Of a stretch of DNA of 64,000 bases, positions 38,041-50,000 are shown in pieces. The stretch covers positions 62,001-126,000 of IMG/VR virus record IMGVR_UViG_3300035670_000008; one strand, 5' to 3'. The position numbers were made by a program, and so were the translations under genes. Position 1 is the first letter of the stretch, and the number at the start of each line of letters is the position of its first letter. A model generated the notes under the pieces. The model saw only the letters and a program-made list of their open reading frames with translations. It did no database searches and was not told where the DNA came from.

Positions 38041-38071
38041 AAAAGGGGTTAGCCGAAGCTAACCTCTTTTT
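38041..38071. terminator. Bidirectional terminator
   Basis: AAAAGGGGTTAGC-cgaa-GCTAACCTCTTTTT. Confidence 0.85.
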
Positions 38072-38072
38072 A

Positions 38073-38438
38073 TTACAGAACGATGGCGCCTTGGCGGTGC
38101 TGAGCCCGCGCTACATCGTTTCTGAACGCCTGCAGGTCATCCGCAGGTAATGGGGCAAAGGACCCGTCTTCTTGGCGGAGTAAGTCCACCTCGAAGGGGA
38201 ACTGCCCCGTTAGACCGTGCAGAATTACCAGGATTCTGGATGCCAAGGGCGCCAGTCCAGGTAGCACGACCTCCACGGAGTCTCCGCTGGAGACACCTAA
38301 ACCCACTACAAAGGTGATGAGTTTAGTTTTGAGCTCGGGGTCTGCCAAGTTGACATGCAGGGCGCCTGGGAAGACGAATCCTTCGGCATTTAGGTGCGGG
38401 TTATCATGCCCGCTCAAGTTGAGTTTTAAGTGAGCCAT
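38073..38438 (-). CDS. csx15: Csx15-like protein (type III CRISPR cA4 ring nuclease/binder family)
   Basis: LNLSGH, VLPGLAP...L..LHGLTGQFP, LQAFR...AR; AGGAGG RBS. Confidence 0.7.
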   Translation of the reverse strand: MAHLKLNLSGHDNPHLNAEGFVFPGALHVNLADPELKTKLITFVVGLGVSSGDSVEVVLPGLAPLASRILVILHGLTGQFPFEVDLLRQEDGSFAPLPADDLQAFRNDVARAQHRQGAIVL

Positions 38439-38581
38439 TGGCTCGTTCCTCCTATTTATTAATTCTTCCTTCCTTCTGCTCTTTTCCCCGTGTTATCTGG
38501 CTTATTAGCTTTTTTGTAGCCAACCTACCATACTCCGGGGGCTGTCCGCAAGTAGTAAAAAAGGGGCATAGCCCCAGTGGA

Positions 38582-39466
38582 TTAAACCTCCACAACATTG
38601 AAGGTAGCCACTTCCTCTTCACAGAGAATGACTTCCCAATTCATATCGAAGTCGGTGCGCTCACCTTCCTCAGCGCCACAACCGCACCAACAGTAGTTAG
38701 TGTAGTTAGACATGGTTATCCGGTGCTTAGCCGGATCGAAGGGGCCCCATTTGGCGTGTACGCGATCTTTGGCGTACTTCACCCTAAAACTATGGTCACC
38801 GGTGACCAAAGTATTGGTGTCCTGGAACGGCAGCGCGTAGGCGTGCTGGTACTTGGTTGTATCGACCTCATACCAAATCAGTCCACTTCCGTTCCACTCC
38901 CTGAAAATGGAGAGGTAACGTCGGAGGACAGGGAAGGTGTAGGTCACCTTAACGCTTTCTCCTTCTGCGTTAAGAAAGACGAGTTTGCGTAGGGTTTGAG
39001 CTTTCGCCATGTACCCTTCGGCACGAATCAACACCACCTCGTCAGAGGTATTGATGTGTTGAAGGTACCGCTCATCAGAGCTCCCCTCCGGGTTAATATG
39101 CAGCTCTACGGCGTGCTCGAATCCCAGCGCCTCCATCTGAGCAGCGTGGGCCTTGTTTCGTGGGAATATCACATAAAGACCAGCTAACCAACCATCCTCT
39201 TCGTCCTCCGTATAGGAGTACTCAGAGAAGACTTGTACCCCGCGGTACTTCGTCCAAGCTGGCGCATCCCGGAACACCCGATACATCCACAACGCCTGGT
39301 AGCGCTGGCGGATGTATTCCACCTGGGCATAAAGCCCTAGGAGTACCTGTTCAATTTGACCTAAGAGCTCGCACTCTTGGTCTTGAACATACTCTGCATG
39401 TTGGGCGGCGATGTCACAGACCATCTTCTTATTCTCCAAATTACTACTCCATCCGCTCTTTACCAC
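38582..39466 (-). CDS. Hypothetical protein (true start probably ~39424)
   Basis: Long ORF; class II motif overlaps the annotated start. Confidence 0.7.
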   Translation of the reverse strand: MVKSGWSSNLENKKMVCDIAAQHAEYVQDQECELLGQIEQVLLGLYAQVEYIRQRYQALWMYRVFRDAPAWTKYRGVQVFSEYSYTEDEEDGWLAGLYVIFPRNKAHAAQMEALGFEHAVELHINPEGSSDERYLQHINTSDEVVLIRAEGYMAKAQTLRKLVFLNAEGESVKVTYTFPVLRRYLSIFREWNGSGLIWYEVDTTKYQHAYALPFQDTNTLVTGDHSFRVKYAKDRVHAKWGPFDPAKHRITMSNYTNYCWCGCGAEEGERTDFDMNWEVILCEEEVATFNVVEV

Positions 39467-39516
39467 CTAAGTATCGAGCTGTCGGTAGTAAAAAGGGGGT
39501 TTATCCCCCGACCACG

Positions 39517-39744
39517 CTAATATATTGGGAAGAAATTAGCGTGAAACTGCTCCTCAGGGGAGCTATAAGTGTCTTCGTGGCTTTCGCCCCACGCGGCGAT
39601 CTCCCCATCGGCGGGAGAGTAGAAGATTATGTTTGGTTTCCCGACCACGCGCCAGGCGTGGTATCGGAAGTAGTCCCCGGCTTGAAACAAGCCGAGGTCT
39701 ATCTTGGTCCCTGGTTTAGGGGGATAGTAGCTAAAAGTCGTCAT
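39517..39744 (-). CDS. Small hypothetical protein
   Basis: Flanked by class II motif and terminator. Confidence 0.65.
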   Translation of the reverse strand: MTTFSYYPPKPGTKIDLGLFQAGDYFRYHAWRVVGKPNIIFYSPADGEIAAWGESHEDTYSSPEEQFHANFFPIY

Positions 39745-39841
39745 TTCTAATTAATTGAATTCTTACACGCCTTCTGCTCTTTAATACCTGAGCATCGAGC
39801 TGTTAGCGTGTAGCAAAAAAGGGGCAGAGCCCCTAATCTAT

Positions 39842-40021
39842 CTAATTGCCCGTGGTCAGCCGCTGGAAGCGGATTGGTGCCATCCGATTAATTTCAGGTG
39901 CGTCCACCCGTGGCAAGTGTTGCACCCGGCACGCTGGCACGATCAAGATACTTCCGTCTTTTAAACGGAGAGTACCTTTATCGAGAGCTGAACCAGGACG
40001 GGCGGTAGCTAGAGTGGTCAC
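39842..40021 (-). CDS. Small hypothetical protein (59 aa, GTG start, not in track)
   Basis: Fills the unit between the class II motif at 40051 and the terminator at ~39815. Confidence 0.5.
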   Translation of the reverse strand: MTTLATARPGSALDKGTLRLKDGSILIVPACRVQHLPRVDAPEINRMAPIRFQRLTTGN

Positions 40022-40170
40022 AATAAACCTGCCTTATATTTCAAATTTCCACTCCATCCGCTCTTTTGCACCTAGCACCGAACTAAGCCAGTAGCAAAAA
40101 TAAAACCAGCTGTGCCCGAGAAAAAAGTCTGGTCTAGATAGCCTCGGGGGAGACTATCTAGACCTAGAGC

Positions 40171-40869
40171 TTAGAAGATGGAACCGTATTTAACGGCGGA
40201 ATCCATCATGGCGCTGGTGACCGTGGCATAATTGCCAGAGCCGACGAGCTTTAACCCACGGTACGCAAGGGCGACCATTTCGAGAACATCCATGGGGACT
40301 TTGACAAATTCCCCGTTGGACTTCAACCAAGTCTTGCCGCTCGGGTCATTCTGGTCTTTTACCTTGCAGGGGACTCCTTTCTTGAGTGCTAGCAAGAACA
40401 CTACCCGGGAGCCTGCGGGTACGTTCTCGGTATCCAACCATACCGATGGGGTTTTAACCATCCATTCACGAAGGCGGGTGCCCTCGACGATATTGCGAGC
40501 TTGCCCCGCTTCAGCAGCGGAGTAGAACGTAACTAGCCCATTGAGCTGGAAGTTCCAAGAGCCTTGACCCTTGACGATAGGCTGGAGAGCACCACCGATG
40601 GTCGAGCCACTCAGACCGCACCGAAGTGCTAACTTGTCTGGGTTGCCGCTGGCGTCGGTTTTGGTGTACTTGACGACCGGGTCGCCAAAGAAGCCGATGC
40701 GCACCATACGGAGAAGAGACTCCTCGATGATAATGGTTCCATCCTCATTGCCAATCTGGCGCCGGAGTTCGGCTGGCCAATTGGCAGTCAATGCAGTCAA
40801 CGTCTCGACATGGTCTTGGGCGTTGCTAGCGTTGATATAGATGGAAGCGACTTTGGTAGAATTCGACAT
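40171..40869 (-). CDS. Hypothetical protein
   Basis: GAGGA RBS; class II motif upstream. Confidence 0.8.
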   Translation of the reverse strand: MSNSTKVASIYINASNAQDHVETLTALTANWPAELRRQIGNEDGTIIIEESLLRMVRIGFFGDPVVKYTKTDASGNPDKLALRCGLSGSTIGGALQPIVKGQGSWNFQLNGLVTFYSAAEAGQARNIVEGTRLREWMVKTPSVWLDTENVPAGSRVVFLLALKKGVPCKVKDQNDPSGKTWLKSNGEFVKVPMDVLEMVALAYRGLKLVGSGNYATVTSAMMDSAVKYGSIF

Positions 40870-41065
40870 GAGATGGTCCTCTAGTAGAAAAATGAACTAC
40901 CCACTCTGCTCTTTTTGAACGCCTTTACTCCCCACCCACACCTTTTTGTTAGGCGAAAGGGTAGGACTAACTGCCAACCCTTTCAGGTTGGCTCTTACGC
41001 CGCGATTGGGTGGAGGTGGGTGTATCTAGAGAAGTTCAACTAGATACAGAGGTGGGGGAGATAGC

Positions 41066-44000
41066 CTATTTGCGGTTGGCTTTCAGCCACGCGAAGTAGT
41101 CGTGGTCTACGAAGCCTTGGCACCCGGTCAGCCAGTTAATTACCCGAGGGTCAGAGCAATCTAAGAAGACGTCCTCGATGCGCTCGAAACGAGACAGCAT
41201 CACATAGAGGGCGGCTACTCGCTGTAACGCCTGCTCTTCGCCTAAGCGGTCTTCGCTAATCGAAATGATGCCAGGGCCTTTAATGGTTAACCCTTGGCAG
41301 CTATTAATCGTAGTCGCGAAATCTGCGTGGAGGGGTAGCTGGATGAACTTACCGCTCAGCGTGCCATCGGAAAAGTGCTTGCCCTCGAACTCATGGCTTT
41401 CAATACGAACGAGCCGATGTCCGAAGTCAACGATGACGTGGTCGTTGCCTAGTGACTTAATCTTGCCCCGACTACCATTAGCGGCCAGCAAGGTCTTGTT
41501 ACCACTTACAAGCTCGTATTTATTGTTACGTAGCTTGACAGGCATGTCAATGGCCAACGTCAAATTGGCAGGGATGGGTCGGAAGTCCCGGAGCCAATTA
41601 TCGTTGGTAGCGCCTTTCCGAATGACTAGACCGTTGTAGGTCTTCTTGGTGGTGACCATCGCCTGGGTATAACGCTCGTTCACTTCAATAACGCGACGGT
41701 TATTGTAGAAGATATGAACAGCGTTCTCAGGCGGGGTGACTACGCCGTTGATGCAGTCAGCAAAACGCTGTGCAATAACCCCAGTAATCATCCCAGTCTC
41801 ACGTAGGATGTCCAGGGCTTCCTGGTAAGCAGGGTCACCTTTCTGACGCACGCCGGTGTTTAGCTCAACGATGCTGAACGGACGGGTGGTTCCGTTGAAA
41901 CCATTGATTAGGCTGCCTTGGTTAGCTTTACAGCCGTTGATGAAGACATCTTGGTAGAACTTCACGGCTTTGTTATCGCTAACCGGCAGCTGACCACCGT
42001 CACCTACGAGCAGGATTTGGGCGAGTGGGTTCAGGCGTTTGATAATGTTGAAGACAACAAACAACACCCGTCCATCCACCATGGATACCTCGTCGATAAC
42101 TACGCGCAAGCGCTGACCGGTCTTGCAGGTCAAGCTTTGCTTAACGTAGTTATTCGTCAGAGACTTCATCACCATCGACTGAGCCCACTGCCAATCGGTG
42201 GTGCCAGGGGTGCGCTTCTCGCTGAAGTCAATACCCAAACCGAAACCACTGTTAAGCGTTCCTAGCGCACCGTAAGCGCCTTCCTGTAGGCTACCGCCGA
42301 GGTTCATCACGGAGATACCCGTAGAACCAAAGACGACGACCTTGTCACCAGCGGCTGCCCAACGGTGGATGGTTTCGGCAGTGATGAAGGTCTTGCCGGT
42401 ACCAGCCTTACCGGTCAAGAAGATGTTGTCACCCTGCTCCACCAGGGCTAAGAACTTTTTTTGACAGCTGGTTAGGTTGTCGATTTCGGCTAGCTCGATA
42501 GGTAAACCGCAGGTGGGTTCAGCGGCAGGAGCTTCGGAGATAGTAGGGATAGAAGGGAGAGTTTGCATAGTAGCCTCAGGGTTAGGAGTTTCTATGCTAT
42601 CTGCTTTTTTCCCTGCTTTCTCTTTACTTTCTTGTAGGTCAGTAATAACCGTTGTGTCAGCTACGCGAGCAATGTTTGCTTTGGAGCCTTTGGAGTGCCC
42701 GTCCCAAATGACGATACTCTTATGGCAACCATCGTGCATGACAGCATCACGTTGCGTATAGCTACCATTTACGCAGATAGTAGGGTAGCCTACGTTATTA
42801 CGACAACGATTTGCGTAGTAAACGGTTACTTCGCAGCCACGTCCTAGCAGATACTGCTGTACAGCAAGGTCAATACCTGTAGCATCACCAACTCGGAATG
42901 TAGCACCGGCTTGGATGTAAGCATCGATCTCTACCTTTGCTTTATCAGGTAGTTCTTTGATCGAACGGCTGCCGGAGACAACTACAACCGCACGCTTTGG
43001 CTCAACTGCTCCATCTATTTCCATTAGTTCGCCAAATATCCAGCAGTCTTTCTCTTCAGACCAATCGTAGAAAAGCTTGGTTACTTCGCCAGTGCTAGCT
43101 AGATAAAGCCAAGAAGCTTCAAACAAATTTACGATGTGCTGGCTGGGGCGGTAGCTAGGTAGTGAGTAATTAACTGCATAGACTACATCCCGAATGGCGT
43201 TCAAGAAGTCGCAGGCCTGTACGTTGTACAACCAAGGATGTTCTATGAAGGCACCTTTAGCTCCATGCTCAATGACGAAGCAGTAAGTGTCAGGGAACAG
43301 GTCGAAGTCTCCAGACCACGGCTGGCTCTGTTTACCGTCATACCAATCCTTGGCTTCTTGTAGTGCCTCGTTGAAACTATCAACAGCCCCTGTATTGCTG
43401 ATATCTGGGTAGCCGTAAAAGTAATCTACTAACCCAGTTTCCCAAAGGTAGACTAGATAATCTTCCTTAGTTAGGCTACATTCGCGGCTGGAGTTGCCAT
43501 AGGAGAATACCAATGTGTTAGCGAAGATATTATCCAGCTCGTCCATTGAGATAATGCCGTTGTGTAGCAGGTCGCCCATGGTACGTTTACCTTCAACGAA
43601 ACTATTAATATACAGCTCGTCGATATAAGGTTTGATACTTTCAACAAAAGCATCAGCAACCTTAATCCGGTTGGCGGTGGGCTTAACCTCTGTAGCTACC
43701 ACATCAATGGTAGCCCCGGAGGGCTCTACAGAAGCAGGGGCCTCTGTAGATTCAGCGGTGGGTTCGGCGTCTACAACGGCAGCGAAGCCGCCATCAGACG
43801 GAGGAGTTGGCTCCTTGGGAGTAGCAGGTACAGACCCACTACCAGAGTCGTCAGAGCCTTCGTCTTCAGGCTTCTCGTCGTTAGATGCCGAACCGTTCGT
43901 CGGCTCAACTCCCAACTGTACAGCCAGAGCAGCTAGCACACGCTCGGCAGCAGCGTCGCCAAACTCAGCCCGCACTTCATCAACGATGGAGCGGACTTTC

Positions 44001-47000
44001 TGTTGGCGAGCGGTGCGTTCGGCTTTAGCGCGCTCTTCTGCTTTAACTTGCTCAGCGATGGCAACCAGCATAGCTACCGTGGCGTCACTCTCAGCGGCGG
44101 CTTCGAGGACATCGACGATAGGCACAGCAGTTACTTCTGCTTCCTCAGCGACCTGGGTAACCACAGGCGTAGGAGCCACGATGGGTGCAGGTGCAGGTGC
44201 AGGTGCAGGTGCAGGTGCAACGGGAGCTGGGGCGGTAGGAGCTGGGTCGATGACCTGCGTAGGGACAGGCGCGCTGCTAGGCTCGAACTTATCAGAAGAC
44301 AGCACTATATCAGGGTCTTCATAGTCGTCGAAGGCGGCTGAGCCTGCAAGGTCTAGCTCTTCTTCATCCCAGCGTCCATCATCCATGCCCTCGAATGGGT
44401 CTTCGTGAGTCAACCCATTGTCGATGACCAACTCGGCTGCTGGTTCATCGTTAGCGGTTGGGGCGGAGGCTTCCGCAGTATTCCAAGAGAGTGCATTGGC
44501 AATCTCCTGAGCAGTCTGGGTAGTCGGGCCGACCTCCATGATTGGTTTAATTTCCATTTCTCCTTCGACCTCTGGAGTAGAATGACGGAGCTCTAGTTTA
44601 TAGCGGAAGTAATCCATGGCGGGACGAGCTCCTGTGTCATCCATGAATTCATAACCGGTGCCAGGTAGGTATTTACATACGTCGCCCAGAACAGATTTCT
44701 GGAACATACGACGTAGTACCCATAGTACATGGGACTCGGTATAGACTTCCTCAGGGATTGTTACACCCGCAACTGGATTACCCAAGGCATACCAGTGGAA
44801 CAACTGACGAGTAACCTGTAGGTGACAGATTACTTTGTTTTCGTCCCAGTCGTTCTCGCCATTGAGGTAGCCTTTGAAGTAACCCACCCATTTGCCGCGG
44901 GTCATTTCAAACTGAGCGAAGGAATTATATTTGATAAATCCTTCTAACCCAACGCTGGCGTCAGCTTCGGTACCGTAGAGCATACCTTTCTCCCATGCTT
45001 TAACTTCGGCTAACAGGTTAAAGCACTCGGCAATCTCCATACCGGCAGTACCGTTACAGCCCATCGCTTCAACAGCCGCGATGAACTCTTCGATGCTCTT
45101 CACATCGTTGTAGCGGAACATCGTGACGTAGTTAGGGCGGGGTACTTTAACACCCAGACCTGTATCTACGAATTCAGGACGGCTGACGGCTTGGACGTAG
45201 TCTACCCACATACGCCAGGTCGGTTTGGTGTAGGCACCGAGAATGGTTTCATAAATCTCAGCTACGATAGCCACGATTTGAAACGCATTATCACTGGCGG
45301 CCCACTTGAGGGAGTCGGGAATCTCAACACCACACTTCTTGAGAGCAGTGACGATGTTGATTACACCTTCGCCGAGCTGATAGATACCGTAGGACACACC
45401 CACCATGGTGGTGAACACTTCGCGGGCGCGAATGTTGGTGTCCGCGTAGCTATCAACCTCAACCTCTTTACCTTTGATGGTGACCTTAATAGGATTGATA
45501 GCACCTTGTAAAGCACCATCTTTCGGGTCAACTTTCACGAAGGAGGAGAGGTTCTCGACGATGCGTAGGCGACTCCAGCCGTTCTTGGGCATCATGTAGT
45601 CACCCCAGTAGCATTCCTTGCGGATGAGGGTAGCCCAAGGAGATTCTCCAGGACGTTGACCCACAGCACCGGCACGGAAGGCAACAGCAGACTCAGCCGT
45701 GGTAACTAGACTGAGTAGCATTTGCAGGGTGTGCCCACATGTCCAGGGCAGGATAACGCCGTAGGTGCCGTCGCCGTCATTATCCCCAGCGGTCATCAAG
45801 TTGTGAGCCAAGGGGCTCATCAACCGGGTAGCGCCGTAGATAACGTCGAGCTGTACGACGGGCTGATTGTTCTCATCCAGCAGAGGCTTACGGTCTTTGT
45901 AGACAATGTAAGTCGGGTCGCTGGGCGCGTAGTAGAACGATTCGATAGCCTTACGGGTGTAGGGCAGAATCGTCACCAAACCAATCGAGCCGTCGGGCAT
46001 AGGCGAACGAGTCTCATGGTTGATGATGGGGGTCGGATACGCAGCTAACCCAAGACGAAGAGCAGTCTCGAACGTGGGGCAGTCCCGGTCAAGGCTATAC
46101 TTAGTCATTTCAGAGGTGAACTGACCAGTAGTAGCATCGAACACAGGGCGCTCGTAGCCACGCACGTACTGTTTCATCAAGTCGTACTGCATACCACCCT
46201 CTACTACTAAGAACATCCAGGTGGGGATGTTGGGTAGCGACAGTGCTTTACCACCAATCATCCGGTCACCACCGATATTCTTGGCGTTGCTGGAAGATTC
46301 GGTGAGGGCACGTAGTTTACCGCGCAGACGGTTGACATCGATGGCGCTCGGTAACTGACCAGCTAGGAGCGTAATCAGATACTGGTAGAAGAAGATGCCA
46401 GATGCTGTCTCTAGGCACTCCTCACCACTCTTCAACGAGTTGAGGTTGAAGAGCATAGGAGTGTAGATATCGATGTGGCGCACGATGTTGGAATCATCGT
46501 ACTCGTCTTCCCACTCATCGTAGTCACAGTCGTAGCTATCGTAGTCCCACTCATAATCCTCGTAGTCGGGAGCCTTCGTTTTGATATGGTCGAAGGTTAA
46601 CTTACGAGGAGTAGAGGTTACAACACGAATCACTACGTTCCGTAGGGCGTGGCAGACCTTACCAAACAGGGCGTCGTCGTCTGGATTGCTGAGGTCTACA
46701 TCAACTAGCAACTCACGGACGCGAGCCATACCTTCTTCATTAGGCACAGCTTCCCAAGATTTAACACCACGGCTAGTAACCTCTTGCCAGTTGGCGAGGG
46801 TGATGGTTTCTAGCAAGGTGGAGTCGTAGTCCATCGAGCCGTCGTACATGGCGCAGAGCAGCTTCGCACGGTAGGGAGATTCCAACGCGCGCACGGCTTG
46901 TCCTTCCATCACTTCACGGATAGCCTTGTTAGGCATCAAGCGATAGTTAGAACGAAGCGCAGCGCCTAGCTGATGAGAATCACCAGCGGCTTCTTCTACA

Positions 47001-50000
47001 GTGCTGCTTTCAAACAACACGACGTCGTAGATGGGGCAGTCGCAATCAGCACGACCAGCCAGCACCCAACCACGCTGCTGCATGACGGAGACGTTTCCGT
47101 CTCCGTTCAGGTGGAACCAGAAGATGTTGGCACGTTCTTCCGCGCGGCTACCTTTGTGGTTTGCAGGGTCGAGGAGGTCTACATCACTCAACACTACGGT
47201 ACGAGTGAAGACTTTGTCTCCCACGATGACCTTGCGGTCGACCACTGGGCCGATGTTGGCAGAGGTGACGTCATACATTAGCCCTTTGGGTTTGCCGTTG
47301 TCGTCCTTGGCATCCACAGCTGCTAGGTACAGTTCGAGTAGTTTGTTACCATACTCGCCGTACTCTAGGTCTGCCCAGGTCACAGTCAGCTGCTGCCCGA
47401 AGAACTCAGCAAACGCCTTCTGTAGCGCATCGTAAGCACCTGAGTTGATACCCACCGGGTCTTCAATGAGATAGTCTAAGTGGCGGCGGCCATCATACTT
47501 CTCATTTAGGTCCATACCCATCTCCCGCAGCGCCAAGAACCGGGGGTCTTGACAGTCTTTGTTGAAGACCAACGTATGGGAGATATAGGGGATATTACAG
47601 TGGGTCGTATCCATCTTCAGAACGTCCTGAGGTAACAACAGCTCAGCAACGCGCGGGCTGATGTTTGGATTATCGTTGTTGAAGATAGACTCGGCGTGCA
47701 TAGACGCGACCATACCTTTGACGACGGAGCTACGAAGCTTACCCCAGTCTTCGGCTTTGGTTACAGCCCACTCGACCACGAACTCAACTGCTTTCGTGCC
47801 AGTCTCTAGCGTGCGGGTGGTATAGGTACGCACCCACTCTAGGTAGCCAGTGAAGTCACGGGTCTGCTTGGCAGCACGAAGGTAGGGCTGATTATCCTTG
47901 AGCTTGGCACCGGTGTTGATTTGAGCCAACACATCGCCCTTGCGGACCAACTGCAGCTCGGTCGGGCGGTAGTAGGTATAGGTGATACCATACTCAACCT
48001 CTGTGGTCTTGGTGTGTTCACACCCCATGAGCACGGTGCCCATGTCAATTACCAGAGGATTTGCCCGATCGAACTTGCTGGAGCGGTAGGACATCTTCTT
48101 GGTAACGAAGCCCCGAGGACGGGAGTATTTGCTACCCAAATGCCACGCCTGACCTGCAATGCCTGTCATGGTCATACCGAGGATGACCTTCTGTAAGGTA
48201 CCTTCCAAGGGTAGGACTTGACCGACTGCCATTGAGCCACCTTTAACCTGATAGAAATCAGGCGGCATGGTACTCATAGCGATGGTGTTAGGCTCGTTGC
48301 CGTAGCCACCCTCTTTGATGAGTCGCTCCAACTCGGGCCGACCCTCGAAGTCAATCACGCAGCCGGAGGGCACAGAGGTAGGAGCTCGTAGGTCAAGACG
48401 CTTCGAGCCCTTCGCCGTCTTGGTGTTCAAGTTGGCGAACATCCAAGCGAGGTCACCACCAAAGCCGTTAGCCTCAGCAACAGCGCGAAGTTCTTCATAC
48501 CACGTGGGCGCCAGGTTTTTCAGGCGACCAAGGTCAACGTGGCAGATGTTGCCGCTACGCGCGGTGCCTTTGTTGAAGGAGAACCCCATGCTGAGCTCAC
48601 CGGTAATCCGGGTGATGAGCATCTGCATGATTTCGGAATCCTTCACCTGACCACGCAGACGGAAGGAGTGATACTCCTTGGTCAGACGGCCAGCGCCAGC
48701 ACCAGCGAAGTCTTTGAATTTGACCTTGCCGTTCTCTACTACCAAGGGCTCAGGATAGTAGACCACCATGTTGTTGTCTTTATCCCGATTCACCATCACA
48801 CCCACGATGCTATAGCTATTAGCTTCAGCATGTAGGGTGGGGCCAGACATGTTCATCGTCCCATCGCTAGTGACAGGGAAGAACTTGTCAGTTTTGGTGT
48901 GGAATGCAGCCAAGTTCGCAGACACGTTCCGTGTGGTAGCAGAGGCAACCAACTGACCGCTGAGTAGGGCGACGTAGCCGTAGTAGAACAGCCGCATGAA
49001 GCCACCGAAGGAATCACAACCCCGGATGGAGTGGATAAGCTTCTGGGACTTCTTGGTCTCAGGGTCACGGTAGTTTTCCCAAACTACTTCGATGACGCCC
49101 TTGAACATACGGTCACGGCGGCCATCAACAACACCCAGTTCAGTCATGCGAAAGTCGAGGCTCTCCTCTAGAACAATCGCATTGTTCTCCCACTTGATGA
49201 ACTGATCAGCGTAGTCCTCACCGATGTAGCTACGAATGATTCGGACCAGTGCCTCAAAATGCACGGGCTTCCATTCGTAACCGGATAAGGAACCAAGGTT
49301 GCCAGCCGGGTCTTTGCCCATACAGGCAGCCAAATACGCATGACACGCGTAGGCCGCAGGACGTAGCCCGTGATTCAACAACGTAGTACCATCTTGCAGG
49401 ACGGTGTTGTTGTTAATCCAGGTGTGGAAGTTGTCCTTGGTATAGGCCTTCCAATCTACGGCTACCAACTCGTCAGTCGTGATTTTCTGAATCGAGTTAT
49501 AGTAGGCGCGCAGTTCAGCCACGCGATCAAGGATGGCTTCTTTGGGGGTGCGGGCGTCAATTGTTACCTCAGGCTCGGTAGCCACAGGTGGGATGACTTC
49601 GATAGGCGCAGGCGCGGGAGCGGCAGGGGGTGGTGTGGTTTCCTGTTCCATAGGCACGGGTTTGCCGGGTAACAAACCACCATGCTCCTCGAAGTACTTG
49701 CAGGTGCGAGTACGTTCAAGGTCGCTCATATCCAGGCGAGGGTCGCCATGGTCCATACGCGGGCTGAATGCGTTGACCGGATACATACCTGTGTAAGGCT
49801 TCTTGTACCGGAGGATGCGCTCACCGTAGACGGTCTCAACCACGGCTTCCAGAGCGGTGGTATCAAAATGGTTGATACCCTTCTGGTCAAACACCCAATC
49901 AGCGGCCTGTAGCAGCGTGATGTTGTTGCAATACATCCGCTGAGAGGTGTGCTGTTGGTCAACACCAGGGGTAAGGTCACCGACCACAGTGTTGTCCTTA

